This document shows, piece after piece, positions 25,006 to 37,354 of a stretch of DNA of 64,000 nt. Position 1 is the first letter of the stretch. Each line of letters begins with the position of its first letter. The stretch is taken from positions 77,848,560 to 77,912,559 of the forward strand of contig NC_057711.1 in the NCBI RefSeq assembly GCF_004010195.1. Reading direction: 5' to 3'. A program made the translations under genes and the position numbers. The stretch is from Chiloscyllium plagiosum. Lineage: Eukaryota. Below the pieces are notes generated by a model, which saw only the letters and a list, made by a program, of their open reading frames with translations, was not told the DNA's origin and ran no database searches.

Positions 25006-25539
25006 CTGCCACAGTGAGTCATGTTTGATGGAGTAGTTTTGGAATGTACAATCAAGCATAAAAATATGTGATTGAAGTTGAATTTGGAAGTAGATCTGCA
25101 CTTGTGGATTGGAATTAAAAGTTTGATGATTAACAGTAATTAAATAGTGAATGGTCTGAAAAGAAAAAGGTGTGGATACAGAATATGCACATTCCCATTA
25201 TTGGTGAAAGGAAGGGTATCCAAATCTAGGGCTCCTTGGATGTTTGGCCTCATTTACTTGTTTGATGTTAGAGCTAGCGTTAACTTCTCGAATAAGAGTT
25301 GTTAATATATACTTTGGGATTCTTACAGCTGCACGTGCTATAAGATTGACCTTATTGGCAATCTTATAATCCAGATCTGAGCCAGTTGCTCATCACCTAG
25401 TCTAATGATGAAACTGGGTACATCATAGCTGACCTGCAGGATCAATGGCTACCCCTACCCATTATAGTGTGCACACTCAAAATTTGGTTAAGGGCTTCCA
25501 TTCTTCGACCTGAAAACTGCCCAGTTAACCTAAATCTTA

Positions 25540-25885
25540 CAGAGGTTTAGAAAATCACAAGGAGCATTGGTAGCGTGGATAACGAAGACCTTTTCCCCAG
25601 GTTGGGGGCGGGGCTGATGGGGTAGGATTCAAAAGGGACCTAAGGCACACCTTTTTCATGCAGAAGGTGATGCGTTTATAGAATGAGCTGCCTGTGAAAG
25701 TGGTGGAGGCTGGTACAATTACAGCATTTAAAAAGCACCTGGATGGTACATGAATAGGAAGGTTTTTGAGGGATATGGGCTAAATGCTAGCAAATGGGAC
25801 TAAATTAATTTAGAATATCTTGTCAGCATGGACATGTTGGACCAAAGGGTCTGTTTCCATGCTGCACATCTCAATGACTATATGA
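25540..25885 (+). mobile_element. CR1-type LINE 3' end
   Basis: gaatgagctgcctgtgaaagtggtggaggctggtacaattacagcatttaaaaagca...ggaccaaagggtctgtttcc...atgact tail. Same family as 33759-35272. Confidence 0.75.
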
Positions 25886-25949
25886 CTTTGTTACCCAGGA
25901 AAGGTGAACTACCTCAGTAATTTGGGCACCAGATTAAGCTAACCATTTT

Positions 25950-26400
25950 ATACTTTTATTATGCAGTAGAAATATGAATGATATTTTCTCCTAAGTAAAG
26001 GATGCCATCAAGGTGCAAAAACTGTGCCTTCAACACAAATGAGGCATTTAATTTTTGTGTCAGCGCATTGTCACAGCTGATATGTCTCAAGGACTAGCGA
26101 ATCGCATCAAACAGCACTTTCCTCTGAATGTTTGCAATAGGAAGAGCACTGACAGTACTGGACCCAGCCTGTTCTTGCAAAAGTCTGGTCAAAATATCAA
26201 ATCTACAACGCTTGGTGAATAATCTTAAGTGTGCTAAGAATCACACTGATGACCAATTTAAGATTATCAGTGATGTGTGCAGAATAACTAATGTATGCCT
26301 ACAAGAAGCTTTATCCTTTACAGGGCACTTCTCTGCAGGAGAGAGAACATCTCCAGCCATTGCAATTTTTTTCAGTTAAATAAAAGCTTTTCTCGTTGTT
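25950..26400 (+). mobile_element. Very old PLE endonuclease-region relic
   Basis: Fragments SQGLANRIKQH and CAKNHTDDQFKIIS resemble the PLE GIY-YIG C-terminal region. Confidence 0.45.
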
Positions 26401-27544
26401 ATTTTTTGGCAATTTGACTCTATCAGAACCCTTTTCTCAAACTTTATAAAATGTTGTTGAAGGTTATTGTGGTGCAGTGCTGCCAGCTCTGCCTCTGACC
26501 CAGGAGGGTAGCATTCAAGTCCCACCTACTCTCTGAACAGATTCAAAAATATCTTTAAAATATTGTTCCCCTTTGAAATTTGGAACCCTTACATCACTGC
26601 AGGCAGAAAGGTTTGACAGTGTCTTCTTGTTCAGCAATAGAGGCATTTTATTTAAATTTGCAAATGCTAATGAAAGATTCTTTCTCTACCTGTAAGGGTC
26701 ACAGTGATGTGTAGGACAATCAATAATCCACCTGATATGAGCTGCTATGTTCTTGGTCTTGTCTACATTGTGTACCTTTGTTGCTTAAAGAAGATGGAGA
26801 TAGCCTGTTCACTTTTGCTACATGGCTGCGAGGACAATAGTAGAATCTTGTGTGTAGATACCCATAGTGTTCTTCCTGGAACTCAACTATCTGTATCCAT
26901 AGGGGAAACTGTCATTAATTTGTCCTTACTCTGATGTATTCCCTGATACAGGAACGAAGTAGGCCAAGGAAGCCAAGGGTTAAATGATCCCCTCAGAAAC
27001 ATAGCCTTTAAGTTAACAGTCATTAATCCTTGCTCTGGCTGCCTGCTGATCTGGACTATATTTCTGGAGCTTGGCTTCTATCTTCTCCAGTGCCAGTTGG
27101 GCCATTTGCAAGATTCTCCTATTCTCCACTGTTATATGAGGGAAGCTCTCCATGTAAAGACATAGTGCACAGCTGGGAACTACTTTCTAACTCCAGATGC
27201 AGGCATTTACCTTGAGCAAGAGTTCTCTCTGCTTTTGCATTATTCCAGGTGTTGATATGTGGTTGTACATTAGACTGATCGCTCTGCCAAGGAGCTCATG
27301 AGCTTGAGAGCCTGAGGCATGGTTGATTTTGTTGCCATCAGATGCTGCAGTTGTCAATTATGATCTATCTTTGCACAAGGGAACTCTACCATACTACTGC
27401 TTCTACAGGTCCAAATACTGAGGGCAAACTCATTCTCCTGATGTTCTGTCGACCTCACAGAGCATCGCTGTGTCATCCCCTATTCCCCTACCCCAAAGGA
27501 GGACTGTCCTCAGAAACCTTTGCATCTGATATGGCCCCCAGACA

Positions 27545-28795
27545 TTTCGATTTGATTTCTTGTTGCCCCATGTACCATGATACAGTGAAAAGGTTTGTTT
27601 TGCATGATGGACAGGCAAATTGTACCATACAAGATGTATGAGATAGCAGAACAGAGTGCAGAATATAGTGTTACAGCCACAGAGGATGTGCAGATAGGGA
27701 GATCAGAATTAATATTTGAGGTCCATTCAAAAGTCTGATACGACTGGGGGAAGAAATAGTTCTTGAATCTGTTCATACATGTGTTCTACCTTTTTATACC
27801 TTCTGCCCTCCGGAGGATGATGGAAGAGAGTATAACCAGTGAAGGAGGGATCTTTGATCATGTTTGCCTGCTGAGAGGTAGTGGGAAGTATAGATGGGGT
27901 CAATGAATTAAAGGCTGTTTGGGTGATGGACTGGGCTGTGTTTGCAACTTTCTGTAGTTTCTTGTGATGTTGGGAGGAGCAGTTGCCATATTTTTCCTTT
28001 TTGCACCCAGATCGAATGGTTTCTATGGTGCATCTATAAAAATTGGTAAGATTCCTTGTGGACAAGCTGAATTTCCTTCCCCTCCTGGGGAAGTAGAGGC
28101 ATTGTTGTACTTCCTTGACAATTATGTCTATGTGAGTGGACCAGGGCAGATAGTTGGTGATCATTACTCCTAGGAACACCTCAGCATCATTGATCCAGAC
28201 AGGGCAGTGCCATCCACTCTGCTTCCTGAAGTCAGTAGCCAGCTTCTTCCTTTTGCTGACATTGATGGAAAGATTGTTCTTTTTGCACCAGACCACTGAG
28301 CAATCTCTTTCCTGTTTTGACTCTTGTCATTGTTTGAGATCCAATCTCCAACGGTGGGGTCATCAGCAAACTTGTAAATGGAGTTGGAATGGAACTTGGC
28401 GACACAATGGAACTTGGTGGATAAGGAGTACAGTAAGGGTCCACTGGTGTTGAGGTTTATGGCGGAGAGGGTAATGTTGCCTATTCTTACTGATTCGAGG
28501 TCTATGGGTCAGGAAGTTGATCCAATTAGGGGGGAAGCCAAGACCTAGGTCTTGGAGTTTAGAGACTGGTTTAGTTGGAATTACGCTGTTGAAGGCTGAG
28601 CTGTGGTCAATAAGTGGGAGCCTGGTGTAGGTATCTTTATTATCCAGATGTTTGACAGATGAATGTAGGACCTGAGAGATGGCATATGCTGTGGACCTAT
28701 TTTGCCAGTAGGTGAATTTCAAAGGATCAAGAAAATCTGGTAGACTGGAGTTGAAGTGAACCATGACTAATCTGTTGAAGCACTTCTAAATAATG
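27545..28795 (-). mobile_element. Rex1/Babar-like LINE, 5'-truncated and degraded
   Basis: LDPLKFTYWQNRSTAYAISQVLHSSVKHLDNKDTYTRLPLIDHSSAFNSVIP (RT) and LTNFYRCTIETIRSGC...YGNCS (C-terminus). Confidence 0.82.
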
Positions 28796-29189
28796 GAGGT
28801 CACTTGGGTTATAGTGCTCACTCCTGGCTTTGGTGTGTAATATTTAATCTTGCTGTAACTTTCTGTGCTGATCTGAGATTTGTTTTTATTTGGTTCACAC
28901 ATAAAAAGCTACCTGTTTTAGCACCCAGCTAGACTTTTTCTGAAGCCTGCCTTAATTAACAAAAGCCCTCGATTTCCCTAGTATCCTTGGAGTGGAAGGT
29001 ATCACACCCATATCTAAGTTTGTTCAATATCCTTTAATCTGTACTTTTGTGCCTCTGCCAGGTAGTGGCTAGTATTAACTTTGCCCTTTGCAAGCTTTTA
29101 TGCTGTAACAATTTTCTTATAGGATTTTGAAATCCATTGCAATGCACTGGAATGGATGAAACTAACTGAAAACGGGCATGATCGTATTT

Positions 29190-29440
29190 CAGATTAGATT
29201 AGATTAGATTACTTAGATTACTTTACAGTGTGGAAACAGGCCCTTCGGCCCAACAAGTCCACACTGACCCGCCAAAGCGCAACCCACCCATAACCCTACA
29301 TTTACCCCCCAACTAACACTACGGACAATTTAGCATGGCCAATTCACCTGACCTGCACATCTTTGGACTGTGGGAGGAAACCGGAGCACCCGGAGGAAAC
29401 CCACGTAGACACGGGGAGAATGTGCAAACTCCACACAGTC
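29190..29440 (-). mobile_element. 5'-truncated copy of the HE1-like SINE
   Basis: Reverse complement of about 5470-5740, including the (GATTA)n tail. Confidence 0.88.
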
Positions 29441-29728
29441 TGTCACCTGATGTTACTGACCTAGAAGACTCAAGTACTCCAGTATTAGAGAACATAATAT
29501 TTCCGCGAACACATTTTTTCTTAGTCTTTAAACAAAACAAAATGTTGGTTATGCACCTTAAGAACTCTATACTTAATGTGTGACTATAAGCAAAAATAGT
29601 TAGTTTTATTAGAGTTAGATCCTACTAAATTTTAGATTCTGATATTTGATCATTTAAAAAAAATCTCATTAAGAATGATTGTTTATCATTCACTGAAACA
29701 AATATTCCTTGCTTTCCAATTAAACCAG

Positions 29729-29901
29729 TTGAACATTGTTAAAGAACAGAGATCTGAAGAGGACCAACTAGCAGAGTTCAAATTGCATACACTTTCCAGT
29801 TCAATCAAGATGCTGTCTGATGGATCCATGAATGCTGCTGTGAAACTTTTTAACTGTATGCTGGATGATAAACGAAAGGCGATACAGAAAGCCACATCAA
29901 G
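29729..29901 (+). CDS. VPS13A: VPS13A coding exon 8 (phase 0/2)
   Basis: ccag|TTG...AG|gtattt. Encodes LNIVKEQRSEEDQLAEFKLHTLSSSIKMLSDGSMNAAVKLFNCMLDDKRKAIQKATS-R. Confidence 0.92.
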
Positions 29902-32019
29902 GTATTTCTTTTTCAATGTAGACAGTACAAGCTCAAGTATAGTCCAGCTTTTTGGTAATTTTTCTTTCACAGCAATATAAATTGTTACCCTGCATTCCAG
30001 GCCCACCTATTTCCACATAACTTTTGCAAAGTTATCTGGCTTTTTTTAATAGACTGGGTACAAGGTTCATCCATTTGTGGATCAATTCTAATTGACTTTT
30101 GTACCACATTTTACATATGAAAGCATGCAACAAGTATTTCAAGTGATACCCTGCTAATTCTACATCCCAAATCAGCAGCCAGTCTAATTTTATGGGACAT
30201 CAGATATTGTTCATTGTCTTCTGAAATTCGTTGTGCATACTTTAATTTATTTGCCCAAAGTACAAGGAAAAATTGGTAAATTTCTGCTAGATAGTTTAAG
30301 ATAAGCAAAGAAGCCATTAGAGAAAAGTAGCAAAACTTGTCTGTTTCCATTTTTCACCTGTAAGCGACAGCACTTATTTAGTTTTTGCTACATCAATTAA
30401 AATGTCTGATCAGAGCAGTGTATAATTTAAGCTCCACTTTCTCTGACTTAGAATTATTGACAAGATACTAGATTATATTTACCTTGCTTATTGCCTACAA
30501 TTCCATTGTCCTCAAAGTAACAAGGTGAGTAAATACCTTTTTCCCCTTTTAATGACATTTTTAAAATGTAAATTATATGATATTTCTTTTAAAAATAGTG
30601 ACAGAAAGAGGTTATTCATCCCCTTGACTTGCTGTACTGTTCTGGATCATGCCTGTTCATGTACCTCCAATGTCATATTCTCACACTATCTCCATATTCC
30701 TTAATGTCACTAGTAACTTGAAATGTATCAGTTTATGTCATGAAATTAATCAAATGACTGAATTTCAGTAGCCCTGTGGGGTAGAGAATTCCAAAGGTTT
30801 GCCACATTTTAATGAACAAATTCCTCTTCATCTCAACCCTAAATGGCTTGGCTTTTATTCTAATACTGTGTCCCTGGTTCTAGAACTCTCAGCCAGTGGA
30901 ATCATACTTTCTGCATCTGCTCTGTCTATCTCTTTAAGAATTTCAGAAATTTCTTTGAGATTGACTGTCATCTAAACTCCAGAGAATTTAAACCAGTTTC
31001 TTTAATCTGTCCACATTGTTCCACCATTCCAGGAATCAGATCCTTTATGGCAAGTTACTCTTCCTTAGTCAAAGGGACCCAAACTGCACACACTGCTCCT
31101 AGTACAGTCAAACCAGTGTTCTATACGATTAAAGTAAAACTTCTTTGCTCCTGTACTCAAATCATCTTGCATTAAAGGTTAACATGCCATTTGTCTTCTA
31201 AATTACTTGCTCCACCTGTGTTAGCTTTCAATTGTTTATGAAAAGGACATCATGTCCCTTTTAGATATTAGGACTTTCCAAACTCTCTCCATTCAAGAAA
31301 TATTTACACCTCTATTTCTTATATTAGAGCAGACAACCTCACATTTATCCTTATTATATTCCATCTGTTATGTTCTTGCCTACTTACTCAGCTTGCCTAA
31401 ATCCTGAAGCCTCTTTGCATCTCCTTCAGCTCTTCTTCCTACCAAGTTTTTTTATTATTTGCAAACTTATGAAAATATTACAATTTGTCCCTACGCCCAA
31501 ATAATTGATGTAAATTGTGAACAGGTGGAGCTGAGGTACTGCTCTTTGCAATATCCTGCCGGCCACAGCCTGTTAGGCTGATAAGCAACCAGTTTATTCT
31601 AACCCCCTGCTTTCTGCGTGTTGATCAATCCTGAATCCGTCCAGTATATTACCCCAATCCCTTGCACTTTAATTTTGTTTTCTAACCTTCTGTGTGGGAC
31701 TTCCTCAAAAGTCTTCCAAAAAGCTACATGTGTTATATCAAATGGTTTCTCCCTTGTTGGCTATGTTAGTGACATGCTTAAAAAAATTCTGGTTTGACCC
31801 AATGACTTCCTGTCATAAATCCATGATGACTCTGGCCAGTTAGACAATTATTTTCTAAATATCCAGTAATCACATCCTTTATAATGGATCTAGTATTGTC
31901 TCTATTACAAATGTCGGGCTAACAAGTCTTTAGTCCCTTGTTTTCTCCATTTTTCCTTTTATAAACTGTCGACGGTTGCAAAACCCTTTCCGGTCTCGGG
32001 TAACTTTGCAGAATTAATA

Positions 32020-32238
32020 CAGTCAGTTCTGCAATAATGCAGTAGTTCAGTTCTCATGCAATTCCGTGTTGTAAGAAAATTGCATAATAGCAGACCATTT
32101 AAACTAATGGGGCCAGTTTTAGCATTATAATCAATATATGCTTTAAAAGTTCACATTTTAAAGACAGTGTCCCCTATTCGCCAATCGTGTTACAGTGAAT
32201 TTATGTAAACCAAATGGGCATTGTAACAGAATGACCTG
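32020..32238. mobile_element. MITE of Tc1/mariner-pogo (Tigger-like) type
   Basis: TA|cagtcagttctgcaataatgc ... gcattgtaacagaatgacctg|TA, giving imperfect ~21-bp TIRs and a TA target duplication. Confidence 0.65.
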
Positions 32239-33016
32239 TAGAATTCACATTATTCACTATCTGTAGCAGTATCTTTAAAATACTAGGATTCTGAGGAATT
32301 GTCAACTTGGCGTGCTGTTAATTTTGCCATTGCTACTTTATTACTAATAATTTACTTCAGTTCCACACCTCACCAGACTTTTGAATGTTTATTATTTCAG
32401 GGCAACTTCTTGCTTCTTCTTGAAGATGAGCACATAGTAGTTTCTCCGGCATTTCTTATTATTATTCTTACTAAACTCTCCTGTAATCGACCTACATTCT
32501 CTTATTGCTTTCTTTATCAATTGTCGGTCCTCTATTGCTGAGTTGTAAAATTCTTCTCTGCTCTGGCTTACAGTTTTAGGCAAATTTATAAATCTCCTTT
32601 TTTGTTCTAATACAATCTTTAACTTCCATGTTGGCCTTGGTTTTCTATGGGGCATTTTGGAAAATTGAGCATTAATCCCTGAATTACAGAGCCATTGCTT
32701 ATCTACCATCAAATATTTCAATTTATTTTTCCAATTGCCCCCAGCTAGCTTCCTGCATATAGCTTCAAAATTGCCCAAATTCCAATTCAAAATTATAGTT
32801 TCAGGTTGAACTAATTTTGCAAGTTTAATGGAAAATTCCATTATACAATACTTGCTACTCATTACTGGCTCTTTAGGAACCAGATTAATAATTAGTCATT
32901 TTTCACTGCATAATACTGGATCTAAATTAGCTAGTGCCCTGGTTAGTTCTTCAACATACAATTCAAGAAATCTATTGTTAATTCTTCTTCCAAAGCATTG
33001 GTGCTCATTAGATTTA

Positions 33017-33214
33017 GGAGAAAGTGAAGACTGCAGATACTGGAGATCAGAGTCGAAAAGTGTGGCGTTGGAAACCTCCAAGGAGCAAGAGAGTTGATGT
33101 TTTGGGCATAAACCCTTCATCACATATTTCCTGATGAAGGGCTTATGTCCGAAACGTCGACTCTCCTGCTGCTCTTGTGCTGACCTCTTGTGCTTTTCCA
33201 GTGTCACACTTCTC
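33017..33214. mobile_element. PLE-derived fold-back mini-element with hammerhead motif
   Basis: TSD tgctcattagattta / tgctcattaaattta (33002-33016, 33215-33229). Diverged inverted arms around 33121-33130. Confidence 0.85.
33127..33162 (+). ncRNA. Minimal hammerhead ribozyme motif
   Basis: tttc-CTGATGA-a-GGGC-ttat-GTCC-GAA-ACGT-C-gact. Core intact, stem II has one G-U pair, stem I is weak. Confidence 0.7.
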
Positions 33215-33758
33215 TGCTCATTAAATTTACCCAGTTTAGATGTAGATTGAAGTCACTCATGATTATTGTATTTCCCTTGCCACATGAAACTCAAATTTCC
33301 TGATTTATACTGTATCCTATACAATCACCATCTTTTCAAAGCTTGTAAACTATTTCTACCAATGATTGCTGCCGTTTACTGTTTCATAGCTCCACCCAAC
33401 AGATTCTACATCTTATTCTTCCAATTGGAGATCCTCTCTCATGTACTCATCTTGTAACTTATTAGCACTACCACTTCCTTTTGCTTTATGCCCATCCTTC
33501 CTAAATAGCGTTAATCCTTGAATATCCACTGCCCACTGTTGATCAAGTTTATGTCACATATCTGTTAAACCATATTCCTTCACTTGCACCATCTATTCTC
33601 TGTCTTGATGTGAATGCTGCATGTGTTCAAGTAGAGGACTTTTAATTCTGCCGTTTTAACATACCTCTAACTTGACTTTGGTTGATTCCAGAGCTTACTT
33701 CTGTTGTTTTCCAATGTGATTTACAGTTTTTGTGGTTCCCATACCTAGCTTTGTTTTA

Positions 33759-35272
33759 GAGTCATAGAGATGTACAGCATGGAAACAGATCCTTCAGTCC
33801 AACTCGTCCATGCTGACCAGATATCCTAACCTAATGTGGTCCCATTTACCAGCACTTGGCCCATATCCCTATATAACCATCCAGATGCCTTTTAAATGCT
33901 GTAATTGTACCAGCCTCCACCATTTTCTCTGGCAGCTCATTCCATACACGCATCACCCTCTGTGTGAAAAAGTTGCCCCTTAGGTCCCCTTTACAGCTTT
34001 CCCTTCTCACCCTAAACCTATTCCTCTAGTTATGGACTCCCCCACCCCAGGGAAAAGACCTTGTCTAATTATCCTTTTCATGCCCGTCATGATTTTATAA
34101 GACCATAAAACCATAAGACATAGGAACGGAAGTAAGGCCATTCGGCCCATCGAGTCCACTCTGCCATTCAATCATGGTTGATGGGCATTTCAACTCCACT
34201 TACCCGCATTCTCCCCGTTATCAATCTCTATAAGGTCACCCCTCAGCCTGCAACACTCCAGGGAAAACAGTCCCAGGCTATTCAGTCTCTCTGTAGAGTT
34301 CAAATCCTCAAACCCTGGCAACTTCCTTGTAACTCTTTTCTGAACCCTTTCAAGTTTCACAACATCCTTCCAATAGGAAGGAGACCAGGATTGCACGCAA
34401 TATTCCAAAAGTGGCCTAACCAATGTCCTGTACAGCCGCAACATGACCTCCCAACTCCTGTACTCAATACTCTGACCAATAAAGGAAAGAATACCAAAAG
34501 CCTCCTTTACTCTACTGTCTACCTGAGACTCTACTTTCAAGGAGCAATGAGCTTGCACCCCAAGGTCTCTTTCTTCAGTAACACTCCCCAAAACTTTACC
34601 ATTAAGTCTATAAGTCCTGCTCTGATTTGCTTCTTTGCCGTCCACTACATCTCCAATTTTGATGTCATCTGCAAACTTACTAACTATACCTCCTATATTT
34701 ACATCCAAATCATTTATATGAATGATGAAAAGCAATGGACTCAGCGCTGATCCTTGTGGCAGACCACTGGTTGCAAGCCTCCAGTCTGAAAAGCAACCCT
34801 CCACACTACCCTCTGTCTTCTACCTTCGAGCCAGTTCTGTATCCAAATGGCTAGTTGTCCTGTACTCCATGTGATCTAACCTTGCTAACCAGTCTTTCAT
34901 GAGGAACCTTGTTGAACGCCTTACTGAAGTCAATATAGATCATGTCCACTGCTCTGCCCTTATCGTTCCTCTTAGTTACTTCTTGAAAACACTCTATCAA
35001 GTTAGTAAGACATGATTTCCCTTGCACAAAGCCATGCTGACTATTCCTAATCCATCCTTGCCTTTCCAAATACATGTTCATCCTGTCCCTCAGGATTCCC
35101 TCCAATAACTTGCCCACCACCGATGTCAGGCTCACCGGTCTATAGTTCCCTGGCTTTCTTTACCACCTTTCTTAAATAGTAGCACCATGTTAGCCAATCT
35201 CCAGTCTTCCAGCACCTCACCTGTGACTATGGATGATACAAGTATCTCAGCAAGGGGCTCAGCAATCACTTC
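33759..35272 (-). mobile_element. CR1-type (HER1-like) LINE RT region with internal deletions and a nested CR1 3' end at about 34101-34217
   Basis: [16 protein letters not shown]...QHGFVQGKSCLTNL...YIDFSKAFNKVPH, then GLPQGSALSPLLFIIHINDL...KFADDIK. tagagtcatagag tail. Confidence 0.92.
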
Positions 35273-35734
35273 CAGTTCAACTTATTCCTAGATGGCTATC
35301 CCAACAGGCATCAAGTTCCGCACACCTATCATTTCCATTCTTGCTGAACTGTACAAGTGATCAATCTCCTAATGTCTTGAATTTAAAATCTTTGCCTGAT
35401 GTGGAAGGATCCTCTGGGCCTTGGATGGAAGTGTGTGCGTGGGGGGGCGGGGGGAAGAGAGAAGAGTGTGGGCATAGGTTTTCCACCTCTTTTCAGGTGT
35501 CTGTTCATGGCCTTACTGTTCCTCAATATTAAAATCCACTGCCACTTGTCTGTCCTGAACACAAGGACATAATTAAGCCATTTAGCCCCTCAAGCCTTCT
35601 CTGGCATTCAGAAAATGCTGTATATTCCAAGCCAAGTTGCTGTGCTATCTTAATAATCCTTGATATTATTAGTAACTACAAATCTGTCAATCTGTGTCTT
35701 TAAATTATTTAATTGTGGAGCTTCCACAGAGTAT

Positions 35735-36085
35735 AGGGAAGGTGATGGCCTGGTGGTTTTATCACTAGACTATTAATCCAGTAATCCAGAATGTTTTGGG
35801 GGCCCAGGTTCAAATCCTACCACCCCAGATGGTAGAATTTGAATTCAATAAAAACAATTTCGGAATTAAGAGTCTATTAATGACTTTGACTCCATTGTCA
35901 TTAAAACCCATCTGGTTCACTAATATCCTTTAGGGAATGAAACTACCATTCTTATCTCATCTGGATTACATGTGAATCTAAACCTAAAGCAATTTGGTTG
36001 ACTCTTAACTGCACTCTGGGTAATTCTGGATGGGCAGTAAATGTTAGCTTAGATAGTCATGCCCTCATACCAAAATGACTAAAAA
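35735..36085 (+). mobile_element. tRNA-headed SINE-like repeat (second family)
   Basis: tggcctggtgg...ggttcaaatcc A/B-box-like motifs. Homologous copies at about 42850-43115, 54996-55357 and 60121-60465, and on the minus strand at about 24060-24190 and 43940-44180. Confidence 0.7.
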
Positions 36086-36167
36086 TTCCAATGATTCATC
36101 ATCCTCTAAACAATGAGGCTCCTCCTCCTCATATCAGTCCTAAACTGCTTGCCTTTTAGTCTGAGAC

Positions 36168-36418
36168 ACACCCCCATCAACCCACTCTCCACTCCCAGCA
36201 CCTTCCCTTGCTGCTGCAAGAGGTGGAAAACCTATGCCCACACTCTTCTCTCTTCCCCCCGCCCCCCCACGCACACACTTCCATCCAAGGCCCAGAGGAT
36301 CCTTCCACATCAGGCAAAGATTTTCCTGCACCTCGAAACACCTCATCTATTGTGTCCTTTGCTCTCAATGTGGTCTCCTCGACATTGGAGAGACAGGAGA
36401 CCAACTTGCGGAATGTTT
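36168..36418 (+). mobile_element. PLE fragment (zinc knuckle plus GIY-YIG N-terminus)
   Basis: TFPCCCKRWKTYAHT, then FHIRQRFSCTSKHLIYCVLCSQCGLLDIGETGDQLAECF. Confidence 0.8.
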
Positions 36419-37354
36419 TAATTGTTTGAATTCTTTCTCGGGTTCCCATCTCCTTGACATGCTAGTTTAAAGTCTTTCCAACAACACCAGCAAATCTCCC
36501 CATGAATAAATTAGTCACTGTCCTACTAAGATATAATCCATCCTTGTGGAGGTCTTACCTGCCCACAACCAATCCCAGTGCCCCAGAAATCTCAGGCCCT
36601 CCCTCCAGTACAATTTTTCAAACCACTTAAGCTCCTGGTCTCTGTGCACTGGGAGAGCAATCCTTATTTTTGCAAGCTTGATGTCACAAGATTGGCGCTT
36701 GCTACATTTCTTTGAAGAATCATTGTCCTCACACAAAACCAAACTGGAGAACTGGTTAGTGATAGAGGGACTTGGGGCACTCCTGCACTACCTACCTACC
36801 ATTCTCTGTGACTGCATGCTCTTGATCTGTGATATAACCATTTTGTAAAGTGTGCGATCTAGTAATTCTCAGCTTTGCAGATGCACTACAATGATTCTGG
36901 TTGCTGCTTGAGTTGCAAATGCTGAAGATTTCTTTTTCAGTTGACTACAATGCTTGCTGCATCGTCTAGGCCTTATGAAGTGACCCAGAATTCCTATCTG
37001 GCAGACTGGACATCTCATGCATCTACATGTTCTTCCATGCATGAAGTTTGCATTCAGACTATTGACATTAAATTAGAGACTAGAATGAAGAGTATCAAAT
37101 TATTCAATAATTAACTACTATAAATCCGGATCTTTATACACGCTAGATACTTGATCAATCAGCTTCCGCACTTGTGCAATTACTGTTTTTGTTTTCAAAC
37201 TTGGCTGCAACTGCAAACATAGCTCTCATCTTCTATTCATTGTGCATCTCTGAATTTTCTTACAGATCCGCTCTGTGCTCTCTCGCATTCGCTGTCTCGC
37301 TCTCTTTTTTTTCTTCAGGCACGTGTAAGCCCTGATCCTATATGTGACTGCCTC

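Larger units (their letters stand above)
30600..33720 (-). mobile_element. Old degraded CR1-type LINE sequence with nested MITE and fold-back insert
   Basis: CR1 3' motifs (gggtagagaattccaaagg; aaactgcacacactgctcc) and ORF2-like ILNWNLGNFEAICRKLAGGNW on the minus strand. Confidence 0.6.
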
